From: Takakia lepidozioides
Taxonomy: Eukaryota > Plantae > Bryophyta
Length of the DNA: 64,000 nt
NCBI GenBank assembly: GCA_030704615.1
Contig: CM060734.1
Location: 59,768,001-59,832,000, forward strand
Direction: 5' to 3'
Made by a program: the position numbers and the translations under genes. Positions 40,436-51,768 of the stretch are shown here, piece after piece; the first letter of the stretch is position 1, and the number at the start of each line of letters is the position of its first letter. The notes below the pieces were generated by a model, which saw nothing but the letters and a program-made list of their open reading frames with translations, was not told the origin of the DNA and searched no databases.

Positions 40436-41085
40436 CAACGACGCAATGGCGTGAGCGTTGCACGTGAGCGCGCGAGCGTACGCTCACGCAGGAGTGACGT
40501 GGCGTGAGCGTACGCTCACGTCAGCTGACGTGGCGTGAGCCTGCACACACGCTGACGTGGCGTGAGCGTCATGTCAGCATGCTGATGTGGCGGTAAATGA
40601 TGATGTGGCACTGTCCGTCAACTGCCACGTCAGCATTAACATGCGCCGCCTATAACCGTGGATGGTCCTATGACCGTGGAATTAATGCAGGGAATCTTGC
40701 CTAAATAGAATCAAGACGAGCGTTGAGGCCTACAATTGCAGCATCCAACATTGTGCAATTACAAATGCTTGTTTCACTTTTACAATTACGAAGATGACAA
40801 AATATCCTCACAAAGTGTGCGCCATAAAGGCTGCCACGAGAAGACTTCCTCCCTCCTCAAATAACAATGAGAGTTATGATCATCTTCAAAAGATGATTGT
40901 AGTGCATAGCGACAGCAAGACATGTAGACTTTGAACGGTGCAATGACAAATGTGCACTACCTAAAAGTTGTCACTCAGACCTCACTCCGTATAGTTGGAG
41001 GCCATATCATTGCACAGCCGACGAATTGATGTGAATTACACATTTCAAATCATGGTCATCCACATACCACATTACATAGTTCATG

Positions 41086-44000
41086 CTACCCATGTGTTGT
41101 ATCCCGCTGCAAAAGAGTATCGACCTCGTTGAAACTTATAGTGGCCTGGTGAATGAAGTTGTCACGTTTGGGATCGCAAACCATCCTCCTCAAAAATATG
41201 AAATACAAATGTTTGCAGGGTATGAATTTACCTCTCTTGCCCAAACTGGTTGATAGCATATTCACAAAATCAGGACATGTGCAATTGGGGAAATTGGAAA
41301 CCGTGATGTCGTAGGTCCTGTCATGAACAGCAGATGTGGAAGTGATGATTGTGAATACCCGACCATATCCTGGATCGGGTACTTCCGTGGTGCTTCCGAC
41401 ACGAGCTTGGAGCATTCTTGCGGACTCCACTTTGCCAAAGTGTTCAGCGGTTGGAGGGAAACGCCGAACGAGCTTTCCATCTCGTTTGGTTGGCCACAAG
41501 TCAGGATTTGCCGGGGGGACCCGGGAGGACGCAGAAGTAGTAGCACATGCATGGAGTTGGGGTTGTCTCGCAAGGGAAAAACCTGCCTCCTCCAGCATTT
41601 CAATCTCCTGAAAGCTGAGATGTGTTCCCACCTTCACGGGCCAAACGGTTGGAGGAGATGGCTTCATCACTACGGAAGGACGCACAGTTCCATGCACACA
41701 TCTGGCACAATCATCTGCGCAGAACCAGAACTTGTGGTTCTTGGCTTCTGGTTGACCGTATGGACGCATCAAGCCCGTGAAAGTCGGAGCAGGAGTTCGG
41801 GCACCACAATTAGTTGCCCTGATCGCTGTACATTTCACACGAGACCCGACACTTGTGCGTTCTATGTGCCAAACGTGGTCGGGGCATGCGGACTCAAGCA
41901 CATCAAGGGGGTTGTTTCTCTCCTGCACCATTTCAGTGGCACGGTTTGATGCTGGAGCTTGCCGTCGTGTTGGAGGTTCCTCCACAATGGAGGTTCCGGA
42001 CATGGAGCTGTCATGCAGGGGAACACGAGGCTTCGAGAAGTTATCACGGTCTGCCCTGTGGGAATCTGAATCCGAACCAGGTGGAGTGTTCAATTTCCTC
42101 TTACAGGAGCCGAATCTCTCCTCCCCTTCAAGATGTGGAACTCTAGAAACAAGTGGCGTTCCCTGGGCATACATGCTCACCGCCCGTGCTATCTTGATTG
42201 GATCCCCAGATCTGTTTGCAGCACGCAACATCAACTCCCATTTGTCCGGACCCTTGCCACCAACCCCACCTCGTAAGAAATCACGGTATCGGGTTTGTTG
42301 TTGCAAGGCACGTATCAAATCATCTGTTGTTGCCACATACAAATCCCGACCTCGTTTCCCAGACTGCTGCAACCATGCATTGTGCACAGTTTCTGCCAAA
42401 TTGCAAGATGGCATGTCCGCCATTTCCTCAATGGACATGTTCTGCAAAGAGGATAACCACACTTCAGAATAGTGCACAGGAAACAACATAAAGAAAGCAA
42501 TGAGTCAAAAATATGGAAAGCAAATGTATGAATAAAGCATGAAATAGAAGCCTCGTACCATTGTCATGGCTGCTCCCCACTGTCTATACCGGAAGTGCCA
42601 AAACGCCAGCCAATCTTCCAATGCTCTCATACTCTCAAGTGATGCAGCTCCAGAAGAGAACCACCAGGCACGAATTGTCTGGAACAAAGTGTCCGCCTCC
42701 TTCATTGTTCTAGCATCTTTGTACTCTTTGCACAATTTACGGTGCTGAGTCTGCATCTCTGGTTTGATGTCCGACTTTGTATGTTTTTCCAGAGATTGTG
42801 TCCAATGGAATAGACATGTACGCTCTCTTCCTGGCATAGGCACTTTTGGGTCGCCCGATCCGAAGACAATACGAACAGCATTGAAATTTGCTTGAGCACT
42901 ATCCGCCATGAAACCTGCGAAATTTGGAGATGGCAGCCCATGGCAGCCCATGACACGTATCAGGGAATTCCACATGAGCTTCTGGGATTCCGTATCCTCG
43001 GATTGCATGTCACAAACTGCAATTGTCATAACTCGTTGGTACACTGGATCGTAGACATGACAAGCCATTGTCGTCCAATCCTTCACTCGTTTCACATGAT
43101 CAAACATAAGAAAACAGTTCTGCAAGTCCCCAGTCTTCTGCATCCGCTTCACGAGGCTAACCCCACTGCCCTCCCCAACAGTCGACATTTTGAAAAGAAA
43201 AACTTTGATGGCACCTTGACCTGGGAATACATTGTCCTGGATGTAATCGTACTTGCTCACTCGTTTCAATTCCAAAATATTGTCTATGTAGCCTCTGATC
43301 CCAGAGCCCATTCTCAATGCATTGATCTGATGCCGAATGTTAGGTGAACTTAAAGTGGAGAAATGATCCATGACCAGGTCCAATGCTGCACCGTCAAGTT
43401 TAGTCCCCACAGAATCTCCTTCACTCAAAATATGGCTTTCCAAGAAGGACTTGCTTGCGCCAAGAGCAATTGCAGATGTTGTTGCGGATGGGTTTCTCCC
43501 GAACTCCTGTTTGATCAACCTCGATACTGTCTCAACACTCTCCCTGTAATCCCCCTTCGAGACAGGATGGTTATGGAATCCAAAATGCACACAAGCTCTC
43601 GTCATTGTATTCAAACGGTGGACAACATAGTACATTCTTGCTCCGCAGAGCGCCAAGCAGGATGGCACAAGTTTGCAGAATTTGCAGACGAAAGTGTTTG
43701 CCGGTGGAGGGGCAGTCCCAGGCTGAAATGGATTTTCCGCCAGACCCTCCCATTCGCTTTGATTATGAACCCCAGACTGAAGAAAGTGTCTGCAATTCAA
43801 ATTATCACACCTAAGGTGTCCATTGCAAACTGTCCTCCTGAAAACAAGCTTGTCATCATTCTGAATATTGGATGTTTTTGTTCTGCACCACGGGTGCCCG
43901 TCGTGTTTCTTGTCCATTCCATGCATCATGATTGTTACACCTCCAACTCGCGGAGGAGGAGGCAGCTCGAATAGGATATCGCCATCAAAAGTCTCCGGCA

Positions 44001-44571
44001 AGAACTTCACAGGCACCTGCTTCAAAGATTCCCAATCAATTCCCCGCAACTCACTTTTGAATCCAGCCATTCCTCCCATCGCCCGCAATTTTGGAATGAC
44101 ACTACAAATCTCTTCTTCATCAGCTTCTGCAACCACAGTAGGAAGGACTGGATTTGGAATTTCACTTATGTCATCATCGGAAGAATCCGAAAGCTCAACG
44201 ATTGGAGTGGAGGAAGTCTGTTCTTTTTTCACCACCACCTCCCTCTTGTCTTCAACGACCGAAGCAGCAGTCCCGGGCGTCACATATGACCCAAGGGACT
44301 TTCGCCGAGGCTCTCCAAGTACTCTGTATCGACCAGGACGCACTCTCCACTGGCTGATATGAGCCGTCTCATCACGGTTTTGGAAAGAATATTTCACCAA
44401 CTTCCCTTTCAGATCGTAAACCTCTTTCTCCAAAAAGATGGAGCCATTCTGCAGCTGAAAACGGGTAGCCAAGACATGTTCCAGAACAATTGCAAATCCA
44501 TTGTCAAGGACTTCCTGGGAGAACGGCACTGGTTTGTCGTCTGAGAAGAACTCCGCTTCAGAGGAAGCCAT
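41086..44571 (-). CDS. Mutator-family DDE transposase (~1122 aa): GCM/WRKY-like Zn domain, MULE catalytic domain, C-terminal SWIM finger; 2 exons
   Basis: Exons 44571-42559 and 42441-41086 (GT-AG, phase 0). DGHPW...VCNGHLRC...C..C...HFGFHNHP (GCM-like). FLMFDHVKR (D1), FMADSAQA (D2), TCLFHW (CxxH), CNLAETVHN (E). SWIM CTCPDF...PCKHL. Confidence 0.88.
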
Positions 44572-45425
44572 CTTCCTTCCTCGAGTATGTTTGTACCTTG
44601 CTATCGCAGATCTAGTGTAAATCGGTTTACTGCTGTCTCCAGAACACAGTTGAAGAATGAGCAGAGAATATGGCGGAGGAAGCTCAGATAACGACTGTGC
44701 ATATTATGTTATTCTTTCCAGATATGCAGCCGTCCATTTTAATTACTTTTCTTGTGGGCCCAGTGGTCAGAGTATCCCTAGGGGCAGTGTCGGCAACTGT
44801 TAAACCGTTAATCAGAACCTCATCAATAAACCCAATAACAAAGCCGACTTCCTGGAAGCATGCCACAGGATCTGAGAATGGGATTGCAGATTAAGTAAAT
44901 GTATCTATATACTACTACCAATGATCATGCGCACCTGGAAAGTTCCAAATGTGAAACGAATGTGGGGTTTGGCTAACAAGGATGACCGTGTATGATATTC
45001 CAAAATTTGTCATCAAACTCTCGTTCATTTATATTTATTTGTTTAAGACTGCGCATCAATTTCTGGGATTCGCTGTTCTTTTTAAATATTGAACCCGTTC
45101 TAATAAAGAACACGCCGTTTTTTTTGGGCGGCACACGTCAGACATCCATAACTGAATACGAACAGCTGTACACCAATTGCTGGCATGTGCACTAATAAGG
45201 AAACGACTATGTGTAACGGTCACGCGGGAGGGAATCCGATGCTTCTAGAGACACGCAAGAACGCAGGCAATCCCGCAAGAAATCGGGAGTCACTGCGTTT
45301 TTCTACTTTTCGCGCTTAGAGGGAGAGTGGTAGTCAAGCTGGAGAGGGTTCCTTCTAGAATACGAAAGAGAAGAAAGTCTCTTTATTTTACTTCCCTTAG
45401 AGAGAGACGCAGAGCAAGAGAGAAA

Positions 45426-48400
45426 ATGACGAGGCGTCGTTTGTTGGAGAACACAGGGCCAAGGCAGCAGGTGAACGCGGAGACTGATTCACAAGAGCAG
45501 ACGGAGACTGAGGCAGCGGCTGCGACACAGTCGGCGATAAGAGTGCGCCAGCCTGTGGAGGCAGAGATGATTCGCAGGGACACTGAAGAAGGTGGAAGCA
45601 CGCGGAACGCCGAACCTGGAGAAGGTCAAGAAACCCTTGCGCAGACAGAAACTCCAGCAGATGTGAGAGGGAAGAGGAAAGCTGCAGAAGGGGATCAAAT
45701 TTCAAAACCTAAGAAGGTGCCAGTAAGTTTTATCATATAGTCTGTCTGATTGCCTTTCAAGGAGTCCTTCCTCTTCCCTTCTTTAGCAGGAACTACTGAA
45801 TTGCGAGCGTCGTTAACGCCATTCGATTCTCCTCATGAGATTTATGTACCTATGTGTTTGAAGAGAGAGTCTGCACTTACTATTCTCCCTAAACTACACT
45901 GAATGTCGTTGCCGCCAATCAGTTGCACATGTATGTCATTACACAACACCGATCCGGCAGGTCGTTATCTTTTGTGATTGTCGTTAACGCCGTTCGCTAT
46001 CGCTCTCGCTTTTGTTTTGAATACGGCAGTCTCAGCTTTGCATGTGTAGATTGTGCTGAATTCTTTCACACCATTCATGGTGAGTTTCCTTGATACAGAG
46101 TGATGGTCGTTACCGCCATTCACTATTTGCAAATCACTCAGTCAGAACTGAATGGCATCGTGCAGAAAACTGTGAGGTCGAAGCCTACAGGATCAGAGGG
46201 GAAAGGATCTGGAGATGGGGACGAGTCCGCAAAAAGCTCAGAGAATACAGATGAAGCAGATGAATCCGAAGTGCACTACCTTGACAAGGTGAAAGAACTC
46301 ATGTCATTCCAGAAGGTAAACTCTCAGGAGGTTATAAGGGACATGCTCGTATCTGGAGGGCGTCTGGACATACCTCTGTGCCGGATGATATCAATGCCTG
46401 TTGTGCGTCCACCTCTTTCCCATGACATAACAAAATTGGAGAGTGATTTTGTGCATGGATATAGACTTGGTGCACAAGTTTTTTATGTGTCACTGACGGA
46501 TATAAATGGGAAAAGCACATTAGTGTCTCCAGAGATCAGTGATAACTGGGATGAGTGCTGGAAAGATGCCAATGAGGAGTTCGAGCTGGGCCTCATGATG
46601 GGAAAGAACACCCAGCAATTCTGCAACCACATGTTCTACGTCTGGGACGGCAACCACCGATTGCTGGCATGGATGGGATACATTCAGAAACACCATTCGA
46701 AAGACAAAGACAAGCATGTTGCTGTGGAGGCAATGGTTTTGGATCCAGGAAACGACATCGCTAGGCTTCTTACAGCTATGCACGACGTGAACAAGTAAGT
46801 CATCCAGGAGATTTCATTCCCTCTGTAGTGTCTTGTTAATCCTCAAAAAACAGTGTTAAGGAATGCAATGTTTCCAATGTTTTTGCAGATCGACAGAGAA
46901 ATCGCATGTGACAACAAGCTTGGTTCACACACTATTCCGAATTCAGAGGATTGGTCTGATGAAGCTGGATGATTTTCGGACAGTACTACCACCCAATATC
47001 ATCAAGAAGTGCGAAACAGGAAGAGCTGCAGGCACTTGGTATTCTTTGACACGAGAGGCGTTTCTGGAGTACATGTATGCGGTAAGCCCGAGTCTGTAAT
47101 CTGTTTACTTTTCGAATACATGTTTGTAGTCCCTTCGGAGCTAATCACTACTTGAATGAATGCAGCAAGAACTGGCAGAGGCAGCTGAGAAGGGAAAATC
47201 CGAATATTACCGCACTACACCAGAAGAACTAAGGACATCAAAGGGTGTGGAAGCTGCAATAAAGAAGGAGTTTGAAATGCGAAGAACCAAATTGATGTCA
47301 GCCTTCGGAAAGCAGCTTAGAATAGTAGATCCTGGACTTGGTCCTGAGTTCCTTCAGCAGATCAAAACACACTATGACAAGCATGTGCATCCGGAGATGC
47401 AGCAGGAGAAATTGCACCGGCTGGCCATATCGATGGTCGACCCACAAACAAAAATAAGGTGGCTGGAGATATGGAACTCAGATCAAACAGTAAAGGACTT
47501 GAATCAGTTCCCAAAGAGCACCATACAGCCTGGCACAAAGGTGGAAGGAATCAGTGATTTGGTGTTTGATAACTGGCTCCACAAGGCTACATTTTGGAGT
47601 CAGGTGTGTATTCGAACATGCTGTTTCTTCTCTTCAAGTATGTGATGTGTATCTTTTTTGCAATTCTGACAAATATACTATTTGCAGCTCGAAAAGCGCG
47701 CCGTCATTGTGCTGGATCAGACTTTGAAGGACCTGAACATTGCGATTGTTTCCCCTCCCCAAATGTCATTGGAGGCATACATAAGGAAGTGGAGAGGTCT
47801 CACCTGGAGATACTGTTTTTTCCGGGAGTTCTCCAAAGATGGTAACATTTTACGGTCCAACGACTTTGACAGTCAGGTTGGAGGAGAGTGGGCCATGATG
47901 CGAGTTGTGTACAGGTGCAATGTCATACTTGAAACTCTACTGTTTTTTTGGGAAAAAATGTGGCTTCATATGGATTGCAATCTTAGATCCAGATTGAATG
48001 TCGTTGACGACATTCACTTCTTTGTCTGAGTCATTCTTAAGCGAGTATATGAATTCACCTGGTTAGGATCTAAGGGTGCAATTATATTGTCCCTGATTAG
48101 AATTGATAATGTCCTTGAATGGCGTTGACGACATTCACATACGGAGTTGTTGAGAGGTCCTCAGAGTTATTTAAATTTTTGTAATGTCCATAGAGGTTAC
48201 AGTGAGGGTTCCTCACTTCATTTTGCTGAATGTCAATGCAGACATTCAGTTGTTCTGCATTGTTTTTGCCTCTTGCGATGAATGTGGAGGCTTGATAAGC
48301 TCTGTTTTAAGAAATCCAAAGTGAATGTCGTTGACGACATTCACAGCTGTGTCTGTATTATTCAACAGCGACAAATTCAATTTACATGGATTGGGGAGCT

Positions 48401-50732
48401 AAGTAATTGGTTTCTTTTTTGTATTTTTGTGAATGGCGTTGACGCCATTCACATACAGTGATGTTGTGAGGTCCTCAGTGATAGGTTCGTTATGAATGTG
48501 CATTGAGTTTTCCTGGAGGGTTCCTTACTCAATTTTTTGATTTCCATCCTGTGATTTTGCTTCATTTAAGTAATAATTTGGCTTCATTAGTGAATGTCGT
48601 TGACGACATTCACTTCTATGTCTGTGTCATTTCTAAACGATAATTTGCATTCACCTGGATTAGGGTGTATTTACAGTGTCATTGAATGGAATGTTCTGAA
48701 TGGCGTTGACGACATTCATATCTGGAGCAGTAGTGTGGTCCTGAAAGGTCCTTGGAGCAGTTCTCAGAGCCATTTCAATCTATGTTTTATTCTTTCTGTT
48801 CTACTTGCATCTTACTCACTGAGCGCTTTTGTGGGTTGGGATTTATCTCCTTTTTTCAGGTACACGAAATATGTGCTTATGGAAGGAAATCACCTGAGCG
48901 GAATTCCCGACTATCTTGACATGTGGTCGGACCCTGCAAACGATCCAACCATGTATACTGCAGGGATATTGAAGGACTGGAGTCCTTCTCACTTCAGAGA
49001 CTGTGGGTGGTACCTTGACTGCCCACCTGAGCACACGACCTTTCAAGAACAGCATATGAAATACTTGAACAATAACGCTGAGATGCTGGCGCCTTTGACT
49101 GACGAAGAGTATCAACGAAACATAGCAACATTGGCTGCCAAGGAGCCTGATGCTCAGGGAACGCCGCAGAAGGGAAAGAAGGCGGGCCGCAAACCAAAAG
49201 ACAAGGCTGTTGATGTCATAGCCATCTCACCAGCAAAGCCAAAGGACAAAGACAAGTCCAAAGAGAAGGAAAAGGACAAGGGGAAGGAGAATGAAAAGGA
49301 GATGGAGAGTGGGCAGGACTTTACTGCTGGAAGATATACCCGCACTCTTCAGTGCGTGTTCGATGCCAAGCCACACCCTTCCCGTTCTGATTCAGCAGGA
49401 GAGATGAAAATTGTTAATGAGGGTTGGCTTTCGATGATGCAGAGTCGAAAGAGAGGATACACTGGGGTGCCATCCCCTACCTGGGACAATATAATCTCAT
49501 TCCTCAATCTGGTGAGAATTCCAGTTTCTTTCCTTTTTCTCTGAAAGTTTCGTTGGCAGTATTTCAGTCTCGTTCTTTGAAAACATCTTGCCATCGTTCT
49601 TATAAAAAACATGTCTGTTGCAGGTGAGCACAGGTCCCACCTTCGTGTGCGGTGTGCAGAAAACTTATGCGGCCGACATTGTCATTCTCGACATCCCGGA
49701 TGGCCAGGCTGTGCCAGAAGTTCTTCCAAAGGGCAAGACGCCAGGCTGGAACAAATTCGAGGACAACTACTGGAGTTGGGTGTTCGGGTTCTGTAACAAT
49801 TTCCTCTCTGATGCAGGGACACTTCTGCTTTTTCAGTCATGTGACAATGATAGTCGTCGGGCATTGGCATCATACCTCAAGTCTTCAGGGTTTGAAGTTT
49901 TGCGCACATGGAATTGTGTGAACAGCCTCTACCTTGTGAAAGGGGGTTTCCCTGGTCAGCTGGTATGCCGTCTCCCTTCTGCTTGTGCTTTGATCATGAG
50001 TTTCAATTTTCTCTGCAGCTCCACTCTAGTAGAATGTTTTATGATCGACACCGATCATCACCGATTCATGATTTTTTTGTGTCAGAGTTCTGAATAGCCG
50101 ATGTACACACTTCCACTATAGATTGTGTTTACCACACTAACCTGCTATCTTTGCCAGACGAGGATGTTCGAGGCGATCTGCCTGCGGAGGATTCGCACAT
50201 CAAAGACACCATCCTCCATCCGCAGCTTTGAGATTTCTGACCAGGGTTGTTTCGTCAACCCCCCCTATGAGCCCCATGTCGATGACATTTTGTACAACTT
50301 CATGCAGTCCAGTCAGACTCTGAAGAGACCAGATGGCACTCCCTGGAGAGGTGCAAAGGAAAAGTCACCAGCATTCATGCAAATACTGCTGGAGTCATGC
50401 AGCCACCGCTCTGCACGGGTGGTCGATCTTTCTGTGTCCACAGGTTCGTTTTTTCCCTTCCGAATTGGTTTCCTTTCAACAGTTTCATCTGCTTAAATCC
50501 CCCCCTCCAAACTGTTCATGTTCTCCTGTCTGGTGCAGGAGCAACTTACCACGCATGCAAGGCAGGCGGAAGAAGCCTTTTTGGCATGGAGGGTGATTCT
50601 GACCTCTACAACACCGTGCTCCTCCCCCTTTTGTCTGGCTCCACTTCAGGCACACAGACTGATCGGATTCAAATTCGAAATGATGACGATCCCGAAGATA
50701 AGCAGGTCGACAACGACTTTTCATGTGAGTAA
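45426..50732 (+). CDS. Cargo gene of element A (~1092 aa): ParB/Srx-like domain, unknown central region, beta-class N4-C/N6-A DNA methyltransferase-like domain; 9 exons
   Basis: Exons 45426-45722, 46142-46794, 46889-47081, 47166-47603, 47688-47914, 48860-49511, 49624-49962, 50158-50443, 50539-50732; all GT-AG, 3279 nt in frame. ParB-like IPLCRMISMPVVRP...FYVWDGNHRLLAW. MTase-like ADIVILDIPDG...LSDAGTLLL...EKSPAFMQILLESCSHRSARVVDLSVSTGATYHACKAGGRSLFGME. The first exon boundary is the least certain. Confidence 0.8.
47995..48718. repeat. Dispersed palindromes TGAATGKCGTTGACGMCATTCA in intron 5 of cargo gene A
   Basis: Copies at ~47995, 48116, 48322, 48430, 48591 and 48697, plus a degenerate copy near 48227. 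Related degenerate copies lie in intron 1 (~45808, 45900, 45980, 46106). Confidence 0.9.
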
Positions 50733-51768
50733 GTGCTAAACCCTCTTTGGGAGTCATACTCAATTTCTCGATAACATCAAAGTTACAGTAATAACTTTTT
50801 CAGGCTGTCTTTCAGGAAAGGCAGCGGTGGATCTTCAGGAGATACAGTCATTTCTGGCGAGTCTGTTTTCGACAGCCCCCTTTCCAATTTTCTGCTTCCT
50901 GTTTATGCCGAAGCAATGGCACTTCACGCGGCCGAGTCCCTATCCCCTGACTTTTTAGTGGCCAGCCGTAGGTGTATCCAGCGTGGATCCGGTGTTCTAA
51001 AATACTTAGACTTAGATGCAGAGGAAGAGGGGATACATTGTACTGACTCTGAGTCAGACTGAACTGTATTCTTTTAATATTCATTTTCATATTATCTGGA
51101 AAACGTTGAATCCCCTTCCTCCACCGTAGTTGTTCCTTTAGAACAAATAATAATCACAGAATCAACTTTCGTTTAAATTGCTATATGTATGAATCCATCT
51201 CACAAACCTTCCTGACTCTTCTCATATCCATTGTGCATTCATCTACACTGTATTCATGCGTGCTCCATTCATGAAAGCTTCCTTTGTACAACATCCATTG
51301 TACATTCATCCTCTGTACTCTTTAATCCACCCCACAAACCTTCCACACTCATTTCATATACTTTGTGCATTCGTCAAAAGATTTGGTCATGCATCTTCCT
51401 GTCATGAATTTTTGTCATTGCTCAACATCCATTATACATTCATCCATTTTACTCTTATCCATCCGTCATTCATCCATCTACATACATTTTTCACACTCAT
51501 CCATCTGTTTATCATCCAACTGTACATTCATCCATCCTTTATTCAATGCCTTTTATTATGTCGTCCAGCTTGTTTCCGCGGTAAAGGGTGCCAATCCGCG
51601 GGAATACACTCCACTTCTTTCTGGGCGCGTGGTGACTCGGCCTTCACGTGTGATGACGTGGACTGAGCCCCGTGACGTGGCATTTGCGCAAGGTGACGTG
51701 GCGTGAGCGCAGTTGCGCTCACGCGCTCACGTGACCAGGCTCACGCCGAGGCATCCCTGCAAATGGGG

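Larger units (their letters stand above)
40436..51759. mobile_element. MULE-like element A, 11,324 bp, apparently intact and autonomous
   Basis: Perfect 9-bp TSD CAAATGGGG (40427-40435 and 51760-51768). Imperfect ~50-bp TIRs: CAACGACGCAATGGCGTGAGCGTTG-CACGTGAGCGCG vs reverse complement CAGGGATGCCTCGGCGTGAGCCTGGTCACGTGAGCGCG. Carries two uninterrupted divergent genes. Confidence 0.93.

Noticed and set aside
41086-44571. Domesticated FAR1/FHY3 or MUSTANG host gene
   Set aside because: It lies within TIRs and a perfect TSD, with related decayed copies nearby.
50250-50275. NPPY in cargo A (CFVNPPYEP) as the catalytic MTase motif IV
   Set aside because: Not conserved in cargo B (aligned to FIDERTDP), and it lies in the variable region. 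The positional motif IV equivalent is DIPD.
45426-50732. Bacterial contamination or prophage as the source of the ParB-MTase gene
   Set aside because: It has eight GT-AG introns with layout shared by two copies and is embedded in a TSD-flanked plant transposon.
45426-50732. Pack-MULE capture of the neighbouring MET1
   Set aside because: No C5-MTase motifs (PCQ, ENV) and no visible similarity to MET1; the motif order is that of amino-MTases.
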